Assembly: GCA_051294375.1 (NCBI GenBank)
Contig: CM119269.1
Coordinates: 15,635,918-15,699,917 of the forward strand
Length of the DNA stretch: 64,000 bases
Source of the DNA: Paraspadella gotoi
Taxonomy: Eukaryota; Animalia; Chaetognatha
Direction of reading: 5' to 3'
Positions 25,236 to 37,032 of this stretch are shown here, piece after piece (position 1 is the stretch's first letter; each line of letters begins with the position of its first letter). Made by a program: the position numbers and the translations under genes. The notes below the pieces were generated by a model. It was given only the letters and a program-made list of their open reading frames with translations, was not told the origin of the DNA and made no database searches.

Positions 25236-26242
25236 TAGCCTTATGTCTGAGAGCTTCTTGATTGTCTCATTCCTGGAAAAGTTTTATGTGGCTCTCCCCC
25301 GAATAAATTACAGTCTCGAGCCAGAAACCAAAAAAGACTTACTCGTTTATTCCCTTGGAATTGTTCAGATGCGTCACTGCATCTATATTATTTGGCATTG
25401 CGGGCGACGCATCTTTGTTTTAAAACTGAAGTCAATTTTTTACAGAAATTAGCCAGGCTCATACGAATGAGCTTAAATCTTAATTAAGTTTAAAAAAAAA
25501 TATAATAAATTAGCAAATCTTTAATTCTTGTGAACTCAGTAAATTACATATGAAATAGGTTCAACTAATATAAAAATTATATTATATTATATATGAGCTT
25601 TGCCCCTAGTCTGTGGACACTGGAAAGGCTATCTTAGGGTAAGTAAGCTCTTGCTCGGCTGAGTATTGGGTAAGCAATAATGGTAATTTTACCAAAATGT
25701 TATTTAAATAGATTAAAGCTCTCCGCAATCGTATCAATCTTAGAGAATTCATTAAGTTCCGATTTACTATTTTTAGAATCATCAACTCCTCACAACCCGG
25801 AGTCGTCAACTTAGATTTAATATATGGGCTTCGATCCTCGACCAAAGAAAATTAGGTCGACTTCTCGCGACGCCTTTTCATGGAATTTTTCTTAAATTTA
25901 TCGATGATATCCTAAACTTGGCAAAACGGAGACGACGTCAACAATGATGACAACATTATTTATCTGTTTTCCTTTTGCACATGAACCCATTTTATTGACG
26001 GTGCATTTCGGCGAACTCGATCACCCCTTATACAGGAAAATAATAACGGAAGGAAGAAAATCATCCTAGTTTTAAATCTTAATTCGTTCTCTCTCTCTCT
26101 CTCTCTCTCTCATTCTTTTTTTTTCTTGGGAAACGAGAGATGCAAATCGCATCCCCGCGTTTTTTCTCGCCCCGAAGACCTTGAGAAGCCATCCGGACGA
26201 GTCCCGTTACATTTTCTTTCTCTCGCTAACTTTTATTGAAAC

Positions 26243-26329
<87 letters not shown>

Positions 26330-27080
26330 GAGAAGAAGGAAAATAAAAAAAAGCGAGATAGAGAGAGAAAGGAAAAAAAAAACCCTGAAATTCCGAGCAT
26401 AGAGGAAAAAAAATAGGGAGGGAAGCCTTAAAAGTATTCTCCCCTTAAAAGTCCCCGCGAGATTAAGATTCTCAGTCGAGATGAGGCTTAAAAGGGAGGA
26501 AGAGGGTGTGTGAGGGAGAGATAGAGGGATGGGGGTAAGTTTAAAATATCGGGGGAGATTGTTTAGAGGAAAGAAAATAAGATGTGGGGGTGATAAAAGG
26601 GAGAAAGAGTGGATCGGGCGATTCTGAATAAAAATAACAAAAACCGCGTCCGGGGAAAAGCGTAAAGTTTGGGGATGGGGGGGTGAGAGAAAGATGAGTA
26701 AGGAGGTTTGTTTTGAAAAGGAAATCGAAGCGCGACGACGGAGAAAGGACCGAAAGGTTCCAAGGGACAAAGTTAAACCGAGGCTTTTTTAAGGTAAGGG
26801 ACGTAGAAGTCTAAAATCTACAGCAGAGTCGAATGGCCTCTGTCGTTGGGTACAGAGGATTACTTTGAAGAACTTAGAGAGTTTAATTCTTTGAATAAAG
26901 ATTAAAATCTACGAAGACGACGACGACGACGACGACGAAAACCGACTTTGGAAAAAGTTTAATTGTCCCCGAATTCATTTCCAAGTGCTTCCTCTTGTGT
27001 TTCGATTTCCCTTTACGGCTCAGCTGAACTTCTATTGACTTCCAATTCTCTCTCTCTCTCTCTCTTCTTCTCTCTCCCTC

Positions 27081-27143
<63 letters not shown>

Positions 27144-27348
27144 TCTCTCTCTGTCTCGTCTCTCCTCTCTCTCTGTGTCTCTCTCTCTTTCAACTTCATC
27201 CCCCATGGCCGGTTTTCAAACTCAATTAGGCTAAAAAGCAGCGGATTTAACTTTCTCGCTCTCTAAACAGGGGACTGTCTTTGAAAAACGATTTTCCAAG
27301 AATCGGAAAGAGTGAAACGAGGAAAGAGAGAGAAGAGAGAGAGAAGAG

Positions 27349-27386
<38 letters not shown>

Positions 27387-28169
27387 ATATATAAGCTTCA
27401 AAACGACCTGAAGAGAGGGAGTGCTTCCTCTTTTTTTCCCTTCGATTCTCACAAATTTCTATAAGAAAATGAAAAAAAAAGATCGAAAATCGAGATCGGG
27501 TTTCTGTCGGTCGCATTGTCCGCCTCGCGCCGAACGTGACAAGGAGCGGAATTGCCTTGGCACTGCAGGCTTTGAGAGAAGCAAGGCGTTAAAAATATGG
27601 GTTGTGATGATTCAAATCTGGGAAACTTGAACTAAATGTGTAAGAACGTCTTGCAGGAATGCACGATTCGATTGACTTAATCTAAAACTTAATATATCTA
27701 TAGTAAATTTACAATTTACTAAATTTACGTCGCGCCCTCTCGAAATGAAAAATAATTTTGTTTCACGACTTCTTTCGAGAAAAGCGAAAGCATCAATGGA
27801 TCAACCGAATTTTTTTAATCCACCCAAACGTTCCTAAAGCGGGATGTGCGAAGGGAGAACCGGGACGCGGCTGCATGAAATATTGCGCGGCTCCATTGAT
27901 GGGGAGATCGCGTAAGGTCGTCTTCGAACGGCGTCGTCGTCGTCGTCGTCGGCGCGGGACCAATTTAATTTCTTCCCTTCCTCCACCCCGTCTCCCTTTT
28001 CTGGTTAACCTTATCTTTTTACTCACCCTTTAATGTCTTTTCCTTCTTACACACATTTTCTCTCTTTTACCTCTTTCCACAAATTCATCTCTTGTTTGTC
28101 ACTATTCTAGGTTTGACTTATTTTCTTGTCTCATTCTTCCTTCCATTTATTTTACTCTCGAATTTTACT

Positions 28170-29010
28170 CGCGAGTACTCGCGGAGAAACTCTATAAGTA
28201 GGGACCAACTCCAGAAATAATATAAAATTTCGACTATTAGCAAAGTATTTTTAGTTGTTCTGACTAAATATTTAAGCAATCATTTTCAAAAAAAATTTAC
28301 ATATACGTCTTGATTAATACATTAAATATTACTTGTCTTTTTTTACATTATAAAAATTTTTTTTTGAAATCTTAAAATTTTTTGATGGATTCTGATAGAG
28401 CATAAAAAGTTAAACAAGAAATATAATTACCGCTTTTAAAAATTCTTACGTTTTCTATGTGAAAATAAAAAAAACTGATAAAATTATCGGAAAGATGATG
28501 ATGATGATGATTTTTTAAGGTTTTTCTTATTTTTGACTCACTTAACATGAAATATTTAAAAAGAATTATACTTTGTGTAGACAACTTTTATGAGCTATCT
28601 GAATCTGGTCTTAAAATTTAAAAATTCTGAAAAAAAATTTTGGCCTTTCCTATTTATAAATAAATATTAAAAAATTAATTATTTGGGTATAGAGCCACAT
28701 AAGAAATGTTTTGTCCATTGAAAGTATACTTCAAAATGTATAAATTTTCGTTTGAGCATGTAATAATTCTAAATTTTTAACTCACCCACATGAATGGGCT
28801 ACCCCTACTATAAGTCACTTTTTCGTCGGTCTGTCGGTCGGTCCGTCGGTCTGTCCCACTTAAAATACATATAATTTTCCTATAGTTGGTTGCTCTTTTG
28901 TTAAGACAGAAAAAACCTCAAATCTATGGAACTGGTAGCGCCGGCTTTCGGAATTTCTAAAACTATAGGAAATAAAAGAGGGAAATTTGATGCAGTGCAA
29001 CACATTTGAA
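28170..29010 (+). mobile_element. HINE-like family 1 copy split by the MITE (head 28170-28196, body 28811-29010)
   Basis: CGCGAGTACTCGCGGAGAAACTCTATA and TAAGTCACTTTT(GTCG)n rejoin to match the copies at 34893 and 36915. Confidence 0.75.
28196..28810. mobile_element. Tc1/mariner-type MITE (~610 bp) inserted into a HINE-like element; related to the 4544-5867 MITE
   Basis: Ends AGTAGGG...CCCTACT at a duplicated TA. Internal GAATTATACTTT...AACTTTT...GAATCTGGTCTTAAA (28562-28620) resembles 5621-5675. Confidence 0.65.
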
Positions 29011-29201
29011 TTAGTGTTCTTGATAAAACATTTTGCGCCATCAGATTTTCTTCTGTCTTTCTTCTTTTATTGTATTCTATTGTATTCTATTGTATTCTAT
29101 TCTATTGTATTGCTTTTTTTTCCATCTGTCAATTCAGTTTCTTTTCGAATCAAACATCGAAATCAACTCTGACGCCCCACACCCAACTTGTCAGTTTAGA
29201 G

Positions 29202-29272
<71 letters not shown>

Positions 29273-29275
29273 AGG

Positions 29276-29315
<40 letters not shown>

Positions 29316-29348
29316 TCTCTCTCTCTCTCTCTCTTTTCTCTCTCTCTT

Positions 29349-29437
<89 letters not shown>

Positions 29438-29708
29438 TCTCTCTTCTCTCTCTCTCTTCCGTCTCTCGGGATTGTTTACCGTTTTTTTTTCATTCACTTT
29501 TCCTTCTATTTTTTTTTAATAAATATTTTCGCCCGCTTTCCCTTTCAAGTATTGAATTTTTTTTTTGCGACTGCAAATGTTGCCAATTAAATTTCCCGAA
29601 CGAAACAGAAAAAAAAGATCAATTTTTTCGATGACTTTTTTTTTCGTTTCCAGGAATTTTCTTTTTTTTAATGAAAAATGGTGTCTTTGACTTTGCTATC
29701 GATCTGTT

Positions 29709-29749
<41 letters not shown>

Positions 29750-29909
29750 TTTCAATGTCGACACCAGCGACAGTACTACATTTAAGTATTGAAAATTTTT
29801 AATATTTTAAATGAAATCATTGTTTTTAAGTAATATTTTTTTGTTTTTCTTTAATTATCAAAAAAACTAATTTCTAAATATTATTCTAAAACTTCATCGT
29901 TGTCGCCAT

Positions 29910-29978
29910 TATTATCATCATCATCATTATCATCATCATCACCATCATCATCAATCGTCCTCTTCATCATCTTCAATC

Positions 29979-30044
<66 letters not shown>

Positions 30045-30145
30045 TTCATCATCATCATCATCATCATCATCATTGTAATCATTATCATAATCATCATCAA
30101 TCATCATCATCATTATCATCATCATCAACAACAACAACAACAACA
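29910..30145. repeat. (CAT)n/(CAA)n microsatellite; similar tracts at ~57725-57800 and ~58232-58360
   Basis: Directly visible. Confidence 0.95.
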
Positions 30146-31646
30146 AAATCAGGTCGTCGAACAAACTCTTTTCTTTCGTTGGATCGAAATCGAAACATAA
30201 ATTTTTTTTAAAAATATTTTTTTTTCTTCTTTCACCGACAAACGAAACAGCTTCGAATTCAAAGCAAAACAACTCTCACATTTCGTCTTTACTTCGATCA
30301 AAAAAAATAAAATGGCAAAAATAAAAGTTGGACCGAAAACGATTTTTTTTCTCGAATGTCAAAGAAGCAAAAGAAAAAAAAAATCAATGGGGGAAAAATG
30401 TTAATGTCAAAAATCCGAATTTCATCCGCGCGATGCGAGACACAACAACGACAACAACAACAACGACAACAACGACAAAGACAAAAGAATGAAAAAAGAA
30501 GGAAAGAATCTAGTATAAAGAAATTCCTAACCCTATTCCTTTCGCCCGTGAGCATCGAATTCTTTTAAGCTTATTTCAAATTCGACATTTCAATCGGTCG
30601 AGATTTCACGGCGGCGGAAGATATCTGACTTCCTCTGGCGATGTCGTCTCCAAAAAAAAAGGGAAAAAAATCACATAGCGAAATTTATAGAATAAAAAAA
30701 AAAAATCATTTTTAAAATAATTCCTGTCAATTTACATCGCTACATCGTTACATTCCCAGCTTCCTTTGATAACCATTCATTAAGAAACTCCGCTTATACT
30801 TCTTTATCAGTGTATAGTGAATAAATCAGAAGACAATAGCGCCACTAGTCCCGCCGCATTGAGAGTAAAGTGGTTCTACTTTAATACAGTAATTGTTTTC
30901 GCTTTGAATTTCTTTCGAATTTATTGCGATGGTGGGTGGACGGAAAAAAGCGAGACATAAACGTTACGATAGATTTGTCGTACATTTATACTGTCATACT
31001 GTCATAACGTCATACTGTCTTCCGTGACTGAATTTATATTTCTAAAAAGGTCGAAAAAATAGGTTTTTTTTTCGAATCAAGGCAAAAAAAAAAGTTGAAT
31101 AATAGAAAAGAGTGAATTTAGTTTTCTGAAATTCTCGGTAGGGAGGGTGACCCAGGGGAGGTGGGGCGTGGGGGGGGGAAGAGGGAGAGCGAGACGTTCA
31201 ATTTCACGCGCGGGCCGATTTTTGAGTGACGCTTGGTTAATGCGGATGCGAGTCGATTCATTTTTTTTTACAAAAGTGGGGGGGGGGGAAGAGGGAAGAG
31301 TAAGGGGGGGTGGACCGTGTGGTCGTCTTGTAAGGAACGAAGGAAGAGCGTCGAAGCGAAGAGGAATGATCTTGGCGACATCTTTCAATAAATCAATCAA
31401 TCAATCAATAAATCATTCAATCAATCAATCAATAAATCAATAAATCATTAAATCATTAAATCATTAAATCATTAAATCATTAAATCATTAAATCATTAAA
31501 TAAATCAATCAGATCAAAGATAAAAACAATTTATAGCAGAAAAAAAGAAGCTATTTGCTTTGCTATTCTTATCTATTTTTTAATTCTCTCTCTCTTACAC
31601 TCTCCCTTCTTCTGCACATTTTTGTAAACTTATTTCAAAACTGTTA

Positions 31647-31690
31647 ACGCTGATGAAGACTCGCAACCAAAAGAGTCGAAACATGTCCGT
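31647..31690 (+). ncRNA. Minimal type I hammerhead ribozyme motif (Penelope pLTR type)
   Basis: ACG-CTGATGA-A-GACTC-GCAACCAAAA-GAGTC-GAAAC-AT-GTC-CGT: intact CUGANGA/GAAA/GUC core, stem II GACTC/GAGTC, stem I ACG/CGT. Confidence 0.8.
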
Positions 31691-32373
31691 ATATATAAAT
31701 AGATTCGTTGATGAAACAAAATTTCCAACTTTTTCTAAACTCTTGAAAAATAAACAATAAACTTTAAAAAAGTATAATTTTCTCATAAATAAACTCGTTG
31801 ACAAACAATAACCCCCTGAGCTTTCATCTTCGACCCGTTCCCCAAACTTTTTCACAGATGGAAAAATTGAGTCTAGTTTTTCCCGCGACCAAATTCATCG
31901 CATGTATATAATCAAAAAGCAAATCATTTCCGTGACCCACTGACCCAGGTCTTACTTCATCTTAACTCGTTTAGCCCTCTCCTTCCGCCCCGCCCAACAC
32001 TCCCTCCGTTTAACCCAGCGAAAAAATTCTCCCTCCCCCTAGGGGTGGGGGGTCTTTCCTGTCGCCCAATTTCGTCCTCAGCCCTCCGCTTGACCTCCTC
32101 TGCCGTCAAGGCCCGCGAAGGGGATTCGAGCCCCAAAAAGCTGCCTTCTCAACGGGTTTTTTTATTTAAAAAAAAAAGAAAATTATTTCGCTCTTTCTAT
32201 TTATAATTTGATTCTTCTTTATGTCTGTCTATATGTCTGTCTGTCCGTCGGTTTGTTTATCCGTTGGTCTCTCTCTAAGAAGTTGGCAAAACCTTTTTAA
32301 CCTTTCTGAGAGGAAATCCTCTTTCTTGTGCAGTTTCCTGTTTCTCCTTGTAATCCTTTTCTATCTCATTACA

Positions 32374-32465
<92 letters not shown>

Positions 32466-33739
32466 TCTCCCCTCTCTCTCTGACGTCATTGATGTCGAAT
32501 CAGCGTCAAAAAAAAGTTCTTTACGTCCGAACCGATCTTCGACTTTTTGGGGCAAAAAGCAAAAGGTAAAACGAGGGAAAAGAATGCGGGGTGATTGGTG
32601 AAGATGGGTTGGTGATTGTGAAGATGGGTTCGTGATTGATGGTGATGGAATGGGGATTGATGGAGATGGGTTGGGGATTGATGGAGACGAGTTGATGATT
32701 GCTAGAGCTGGGTTAGTGATTGAGAGAGATAGAAGAGACAGAGAGAAGAAAGAGAGAAAGAGAGAGAGAGAGAGAGAGAGGAGAGAAGAGAGAGAGAGAG
32801 AGAGAGAGAAGAGAGAGAAGAGATAGAGAGAGAGAGAGAGATTGCGTATTCGGCGATGAGGTTTGAGACGAGAAAAAGAGGGCGTGGCCTCCGCTCATCA
32901 TTTTCTAGTCTTGAGTGAACCGAGGATTAAAGGCTGAAGACTTCTTGGCCTTGGCCGTCGAGTCTGCGACGGAACAGATTCCAATCCCGAGGTTCGTGTC
33001 AAGGATGACGACGACTGAAGGGTTGAACGTTAAACATGAAGCGATATCAACACCGTTATTATTAAAGGTTATTATGAAAGGTAATTTAGTAGCGAATGTA
33101 GGAAATGGTAATCGAAGCCTTGTTAATTGAAGTGTTTCTGTTGTGTCACCACGTGTAAAGGGGACACCGACATCAATGGTTTAGGTTCAATCTGCCAAGT
33201 TGGGGATACATTTTGTCTCATGAATATTTTTAGACCCTGAGATATTTAAAACTGCTTTCTATTTAGTATATTATTTCGCCTCTCTACTTAATCACATCTT
33301 AACTTTCTAAAAATCTTTTTCTCTACTCCGGTTCGTCTGTTTACCCAAGATTACCACACCGAACCTTTGTTCTCTGACTCTTCTCTAACATCTTCCCGCC
33401 CCAGCCCCATCGCTCCATCGCCTGCTCCGTCGCCCGATCCATTGCCCGCCCCACAGCCCGTCCCATCGCCCTTCCACCCCTTGCGGCTCTGCGTCTTCCG
33501 CAGACGTCCTTCGACGTAGAAAGAAAGAAAAATCAAAAAAAGAAAGAAAAATTAAAAAAAAAAGAAAGAAAGAAAAATCTCTTTCCAAAAAATTGAAGGG
33601 AAGACTTTCGTTTAACGAGTTTTTCTCCTCTTGTGCTCATGTGACAAGTCGCGATTATTTTTTTTTGAGAGAGAGATTCGAATCATTTCTCTCTCTGACT
33701 CTGTCTGTCTCTGTCTGTTTCTGTTTCTGTCTGTCTCCA

Positions 33740-33849
<110 letters not shown>

Positions 33850-34134
33850 ATAGTCGGTAATTAACACGACTCACAAACTTTGATTTTTTTGATAATTCAA
33901 AACCTATTTAAGATCTATGGTTATCTATTTAATCATCTCTGTCATTTTATTTGGCTTTCCCCTCTCTATATCGCTCTCTATCTAACTCTCTCTCTCTTTT
34001 TCTTGGGTATTCTTAAGAATATAAATGTTTATTGTTTATTCCTCTCCGCTTTTCAGTTCATCATTGACAAACAGTCAAACTTTAAACAAATGAAATAGGA
34101 ATCCAGGAATCCTAAACTGCTAAACATTTAGAAA

Positions 34135-34863
34135 AACAAGTTGAGCAAACAAAGTCGGATCTGCCTACGAAAATTAAGCGGTAATAAGCTAATACGACGA
34201 TAAATCATGGTAATTTTTCTGACTCTCAATTTGTGATTATAACAAATCATAACAGACTTCTTAATAAATCTATGAAAAAATCTATAAATCAATTAATCTA
34301 TCAATCATTATCAGTAGCTGTGAAATACAAACTTGCATAATTTGGTCAACTTTCATAATTTAATCAACTTGCATAATTAAATCAACTGGCATAATTTGGT
34401 CAATTGACAAAATTAGGTCAACTGGCTTAATCACACACTTTCCTACCCACATACAATTATATAATTTCAAGTTAATCATCACATCCCCTCATGAGTAATT
34501 GCGTTCAAATAGTAAAATATATTTTTTTGTTTTTTCCATTTAAACTCTTTTCCACTCACACGATTCCATCGAAACTTCATATCTAGCTCAATCACACACT
34601 TCCCTACGCACACACAAAATTTCATTCCAATCCATCCATCCAATCACGAGTAATTGGAGTTTTTTTTTCTAAGGTGGGACGGACGGACAAGACAGACAGA
34701 CAGACTGACGGACGGACATCGTTTTTTTTTTGCATAATTTATCATAATTCGATATTCTGACATGATATATGTGGTTGCCCGACAATATTGAGGGGGCGGA
34801 CCGACGAACCAACAAAGTGAATTATAGAGTCGGGATCTGCTTATAAGCAGATCCGACTAAAAA
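34135..34863 (-). mobile_element. Helentron/HINE-like family 2, near full length
   Basis: Head TTTTAGTCGGATCTGCTTATAAGCAGATCCCGACTCTATAA (palindromic hairpin 34828-34858), (GTCC/GTCT)n tract, internal ~18-bp tandem repeats (34330-34430), 3' subTIR GTCGGATCTGC at 34154. Partial copies at ~16200-16380, 42190-42460 and 44140-44232. Confidence 0.7.
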
Positions 34864-34892
34864 TTATTAATTTAATTCAATTTATCTGTCAG

Positions 34893-35130
34893 TTTTTAGT
34901 TGCGCCACGAAAACTTGCGGAGCAACTCTATAAGTCACTTTTCCCTCGGTCGGTCGGTCTGTCGATCCTTCGCTTATTTTAGTTGGATGCTCATTTTTTA
35001 AGACAGGAATAGAACCTAAAATCAAAGCGACTGCTAGTACTAACTTTTGTTTTTAAACAAATCTAAAAAAGTAAAAAAGGGGTAAAAAAAGTCACTGCGG
35101 CACGACACACATTGAAATTTCCCCTTCTTG
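34893..35130 (+). mobile_element. Helentron/HINE-like family 1 copy
   Basis: TTTTTAGTTGCGCC...GGAGCAACTCTATAAGTCACTTTT-(GTCG)n, 3' GCGGCACGAC subTIR remnant, ends in CTTG before a T-run. Confidence 0.75.
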
Positions 35131-35623
35131 TTTTTTTCACCTCACCTTTTCCTTTTTTTTTCATTTCAGGCGGTTTAACTCCTAATCTAAAAATAGAATT
35201 TCATCGCCGTGACGTCGACGTGTCATCGGCGTGACAAATGTCAGGACGTCACCAGCCAACATGAAAGAAAAACCGTGACGAACTCGCAAGGTTGCGTTAG
35301 CAATTCTCTGACGTCACCGTCGACCTCGAAAGCGACATCTGAGCCTCGGTGTGATTGAGACGAAACGGAAAGAGGGCGCGCCGGACGCGGCGAAGCCAGA
35401 ACGAAGCGAATAGTGGGCGCGGCGTCGCCTCTTTATCTTTCAATTTAGTCGCTGGTAAAATCTGCTTAAAACTCAGGAAACCATGAAAACGCGCGTCTAA
35501 ACGAAGAGTGAACGACCGAACATCGAGGATCCTCCAACTACTTTTCTTTCCAACCTACCGCCCTACTGTTCTACCACCCTACCGTCACCATCTCGACCCC
35601 TTCTCCCCCCACCTTCCTCCGTC

Positions 35624-35881
35624 ATGCCCGCTCATCTCCGCCCGGGTCTTAGAGACTTTAACTCTTCAGCGGATCGAGATTCCTTCTTCACCGCCGATGC
35701 CGCCGACGCCGACGCCGCAGCGTCCGTCGACGGCGCCGCCGCCTTCTCCGAGGATCCTTTCGGCGTCGTCAGCGTCGTCGTCGTCGTCGCCGTCGTCGTA
35801 GGTTTCGTCGTCGCCGTCGGCTTCGGACTATTGTGGGTGAAGAGGGAAAATCTTTACCTGGTGATGCCGTGGAGTCGGTGA
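35624..35881 (+). CDS. Possible small single-pass membrane protein (85 aa), or first exon of a signal-anchor protein
   Basis: True ATG, C-ending codon bias, NSS sequon, acidic N-terminus, ~22-aa hydrophobic stretch followed by KR. The Val run derives from a (GTC)n repeat, so it may be an artefact. Confidence 0.3.
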   Translation: MPAHLRPGLRDFNSSADRDSFFTADAADADAAASVDGAAAFSEDPFGVVSVVVVVAVVVGFVVAVGFGLLWVKRENLYLVMPWSR

Positions 35882-35883
35882 CC

Positions 35884-35945
<62 letters not shown>

Positions 35946-36560
35946 GTAGAGAGACCTTGATTCATAAAGGTGGCGTCTGGGTGGCGTGGCTAACGACATC
36001 GCTGCGTTGGCATAGGAGTTAACCGCCGCGTTACGTACGTCAGCGCTGCGTAGCGAACGACTTAACATCAGCGCAGCGAACGATTCCGTTACGTAAACTA
36101 GGCGTCGGACGTCTGAGCGGCGTGCCTCTAGCGGACCGCAAGACGTCACCGCGACTTGGCGCACGATAAGGCGTGTCGTAAGTCACCCGAGCGAAGCTCA
36201 GCACGTCACCGACACAAACGTAGATTTTCATCGTTGTGACTTTTTCATCGCTTGACCCGGATTCGTTCTCTGGTTCAACAACAACAACAACGACAACAAC
36301 CAAGATGCACTACCTCGGTGTTGCCTTCACTGAATAAACTTTTTCTCATTCAACCTCCACCAACTCACTCATTTTGTCTAGTTTTATTGTTAACCTTGTT
36401 TTAGATTAATAATCGTCGGTCTCTCCTTAATTATCTAGAAAAAATACCTAAAACTCATTGAAAGGAGAAATTTTTAAATCCGTCTTTGGCAATGCCTTAT
36501 ATTTCTAAGAAGAAACGTCGCGGCTGGGATTTCCTTCTGTGACTAATGAATGTTATAAAA

Positions 36561-36915
36561 AGAACGGTGATCCCAATGTGTTGCGCCGCAGTGAGTTCTT
36601 TCCGTATGTATGTATGTATGTAAGTATGTATGTATATATGTATATATGTATGTATGTAAGTATGTATTGTATGCACTGAATCGAAGTTCCGTCTTTCATT
36701 TCTTATAGTTTTAGGATTTCCTAAAGGCGGAGCTAGCAGTCACTTAGATTTGAGTTATTTTTGTCTTAACAAATGAGCAACCAACTTTAACAACTATAAC
36801 AGACCGATGGACAGACATACCGACCGACATACCGACAGACAGACCGTCCGATCGACAGACTGAACGAAAAGTGTCTTATAGAGTTGCTCCGCGAGTACTC
36901 GCGGCGCAACTAAAA
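36561..36915 (-). mobile_element. Helentron/HINE-like family 1 copy (best preserved)
   Basis: 5' TTTTAGTTGCGCCGCGAGTACTCGCGGAGCAACTCTATAAG hairpin head, GTCG/GTCT tract, 3' subTIR GCGGCGCAAC complementary to the 5' GTTGCGCCGC. Confidence 0.8.
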
Positions 36916-36931
36916 AGATTATTTGTTACGA

Positions 36932-37032
<101 letters not shown>

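Noticed and set aside
25606-25845. 79-aa non-repetitive ORF
   Set aside because: No ATG start, recognisable motif or splice context.
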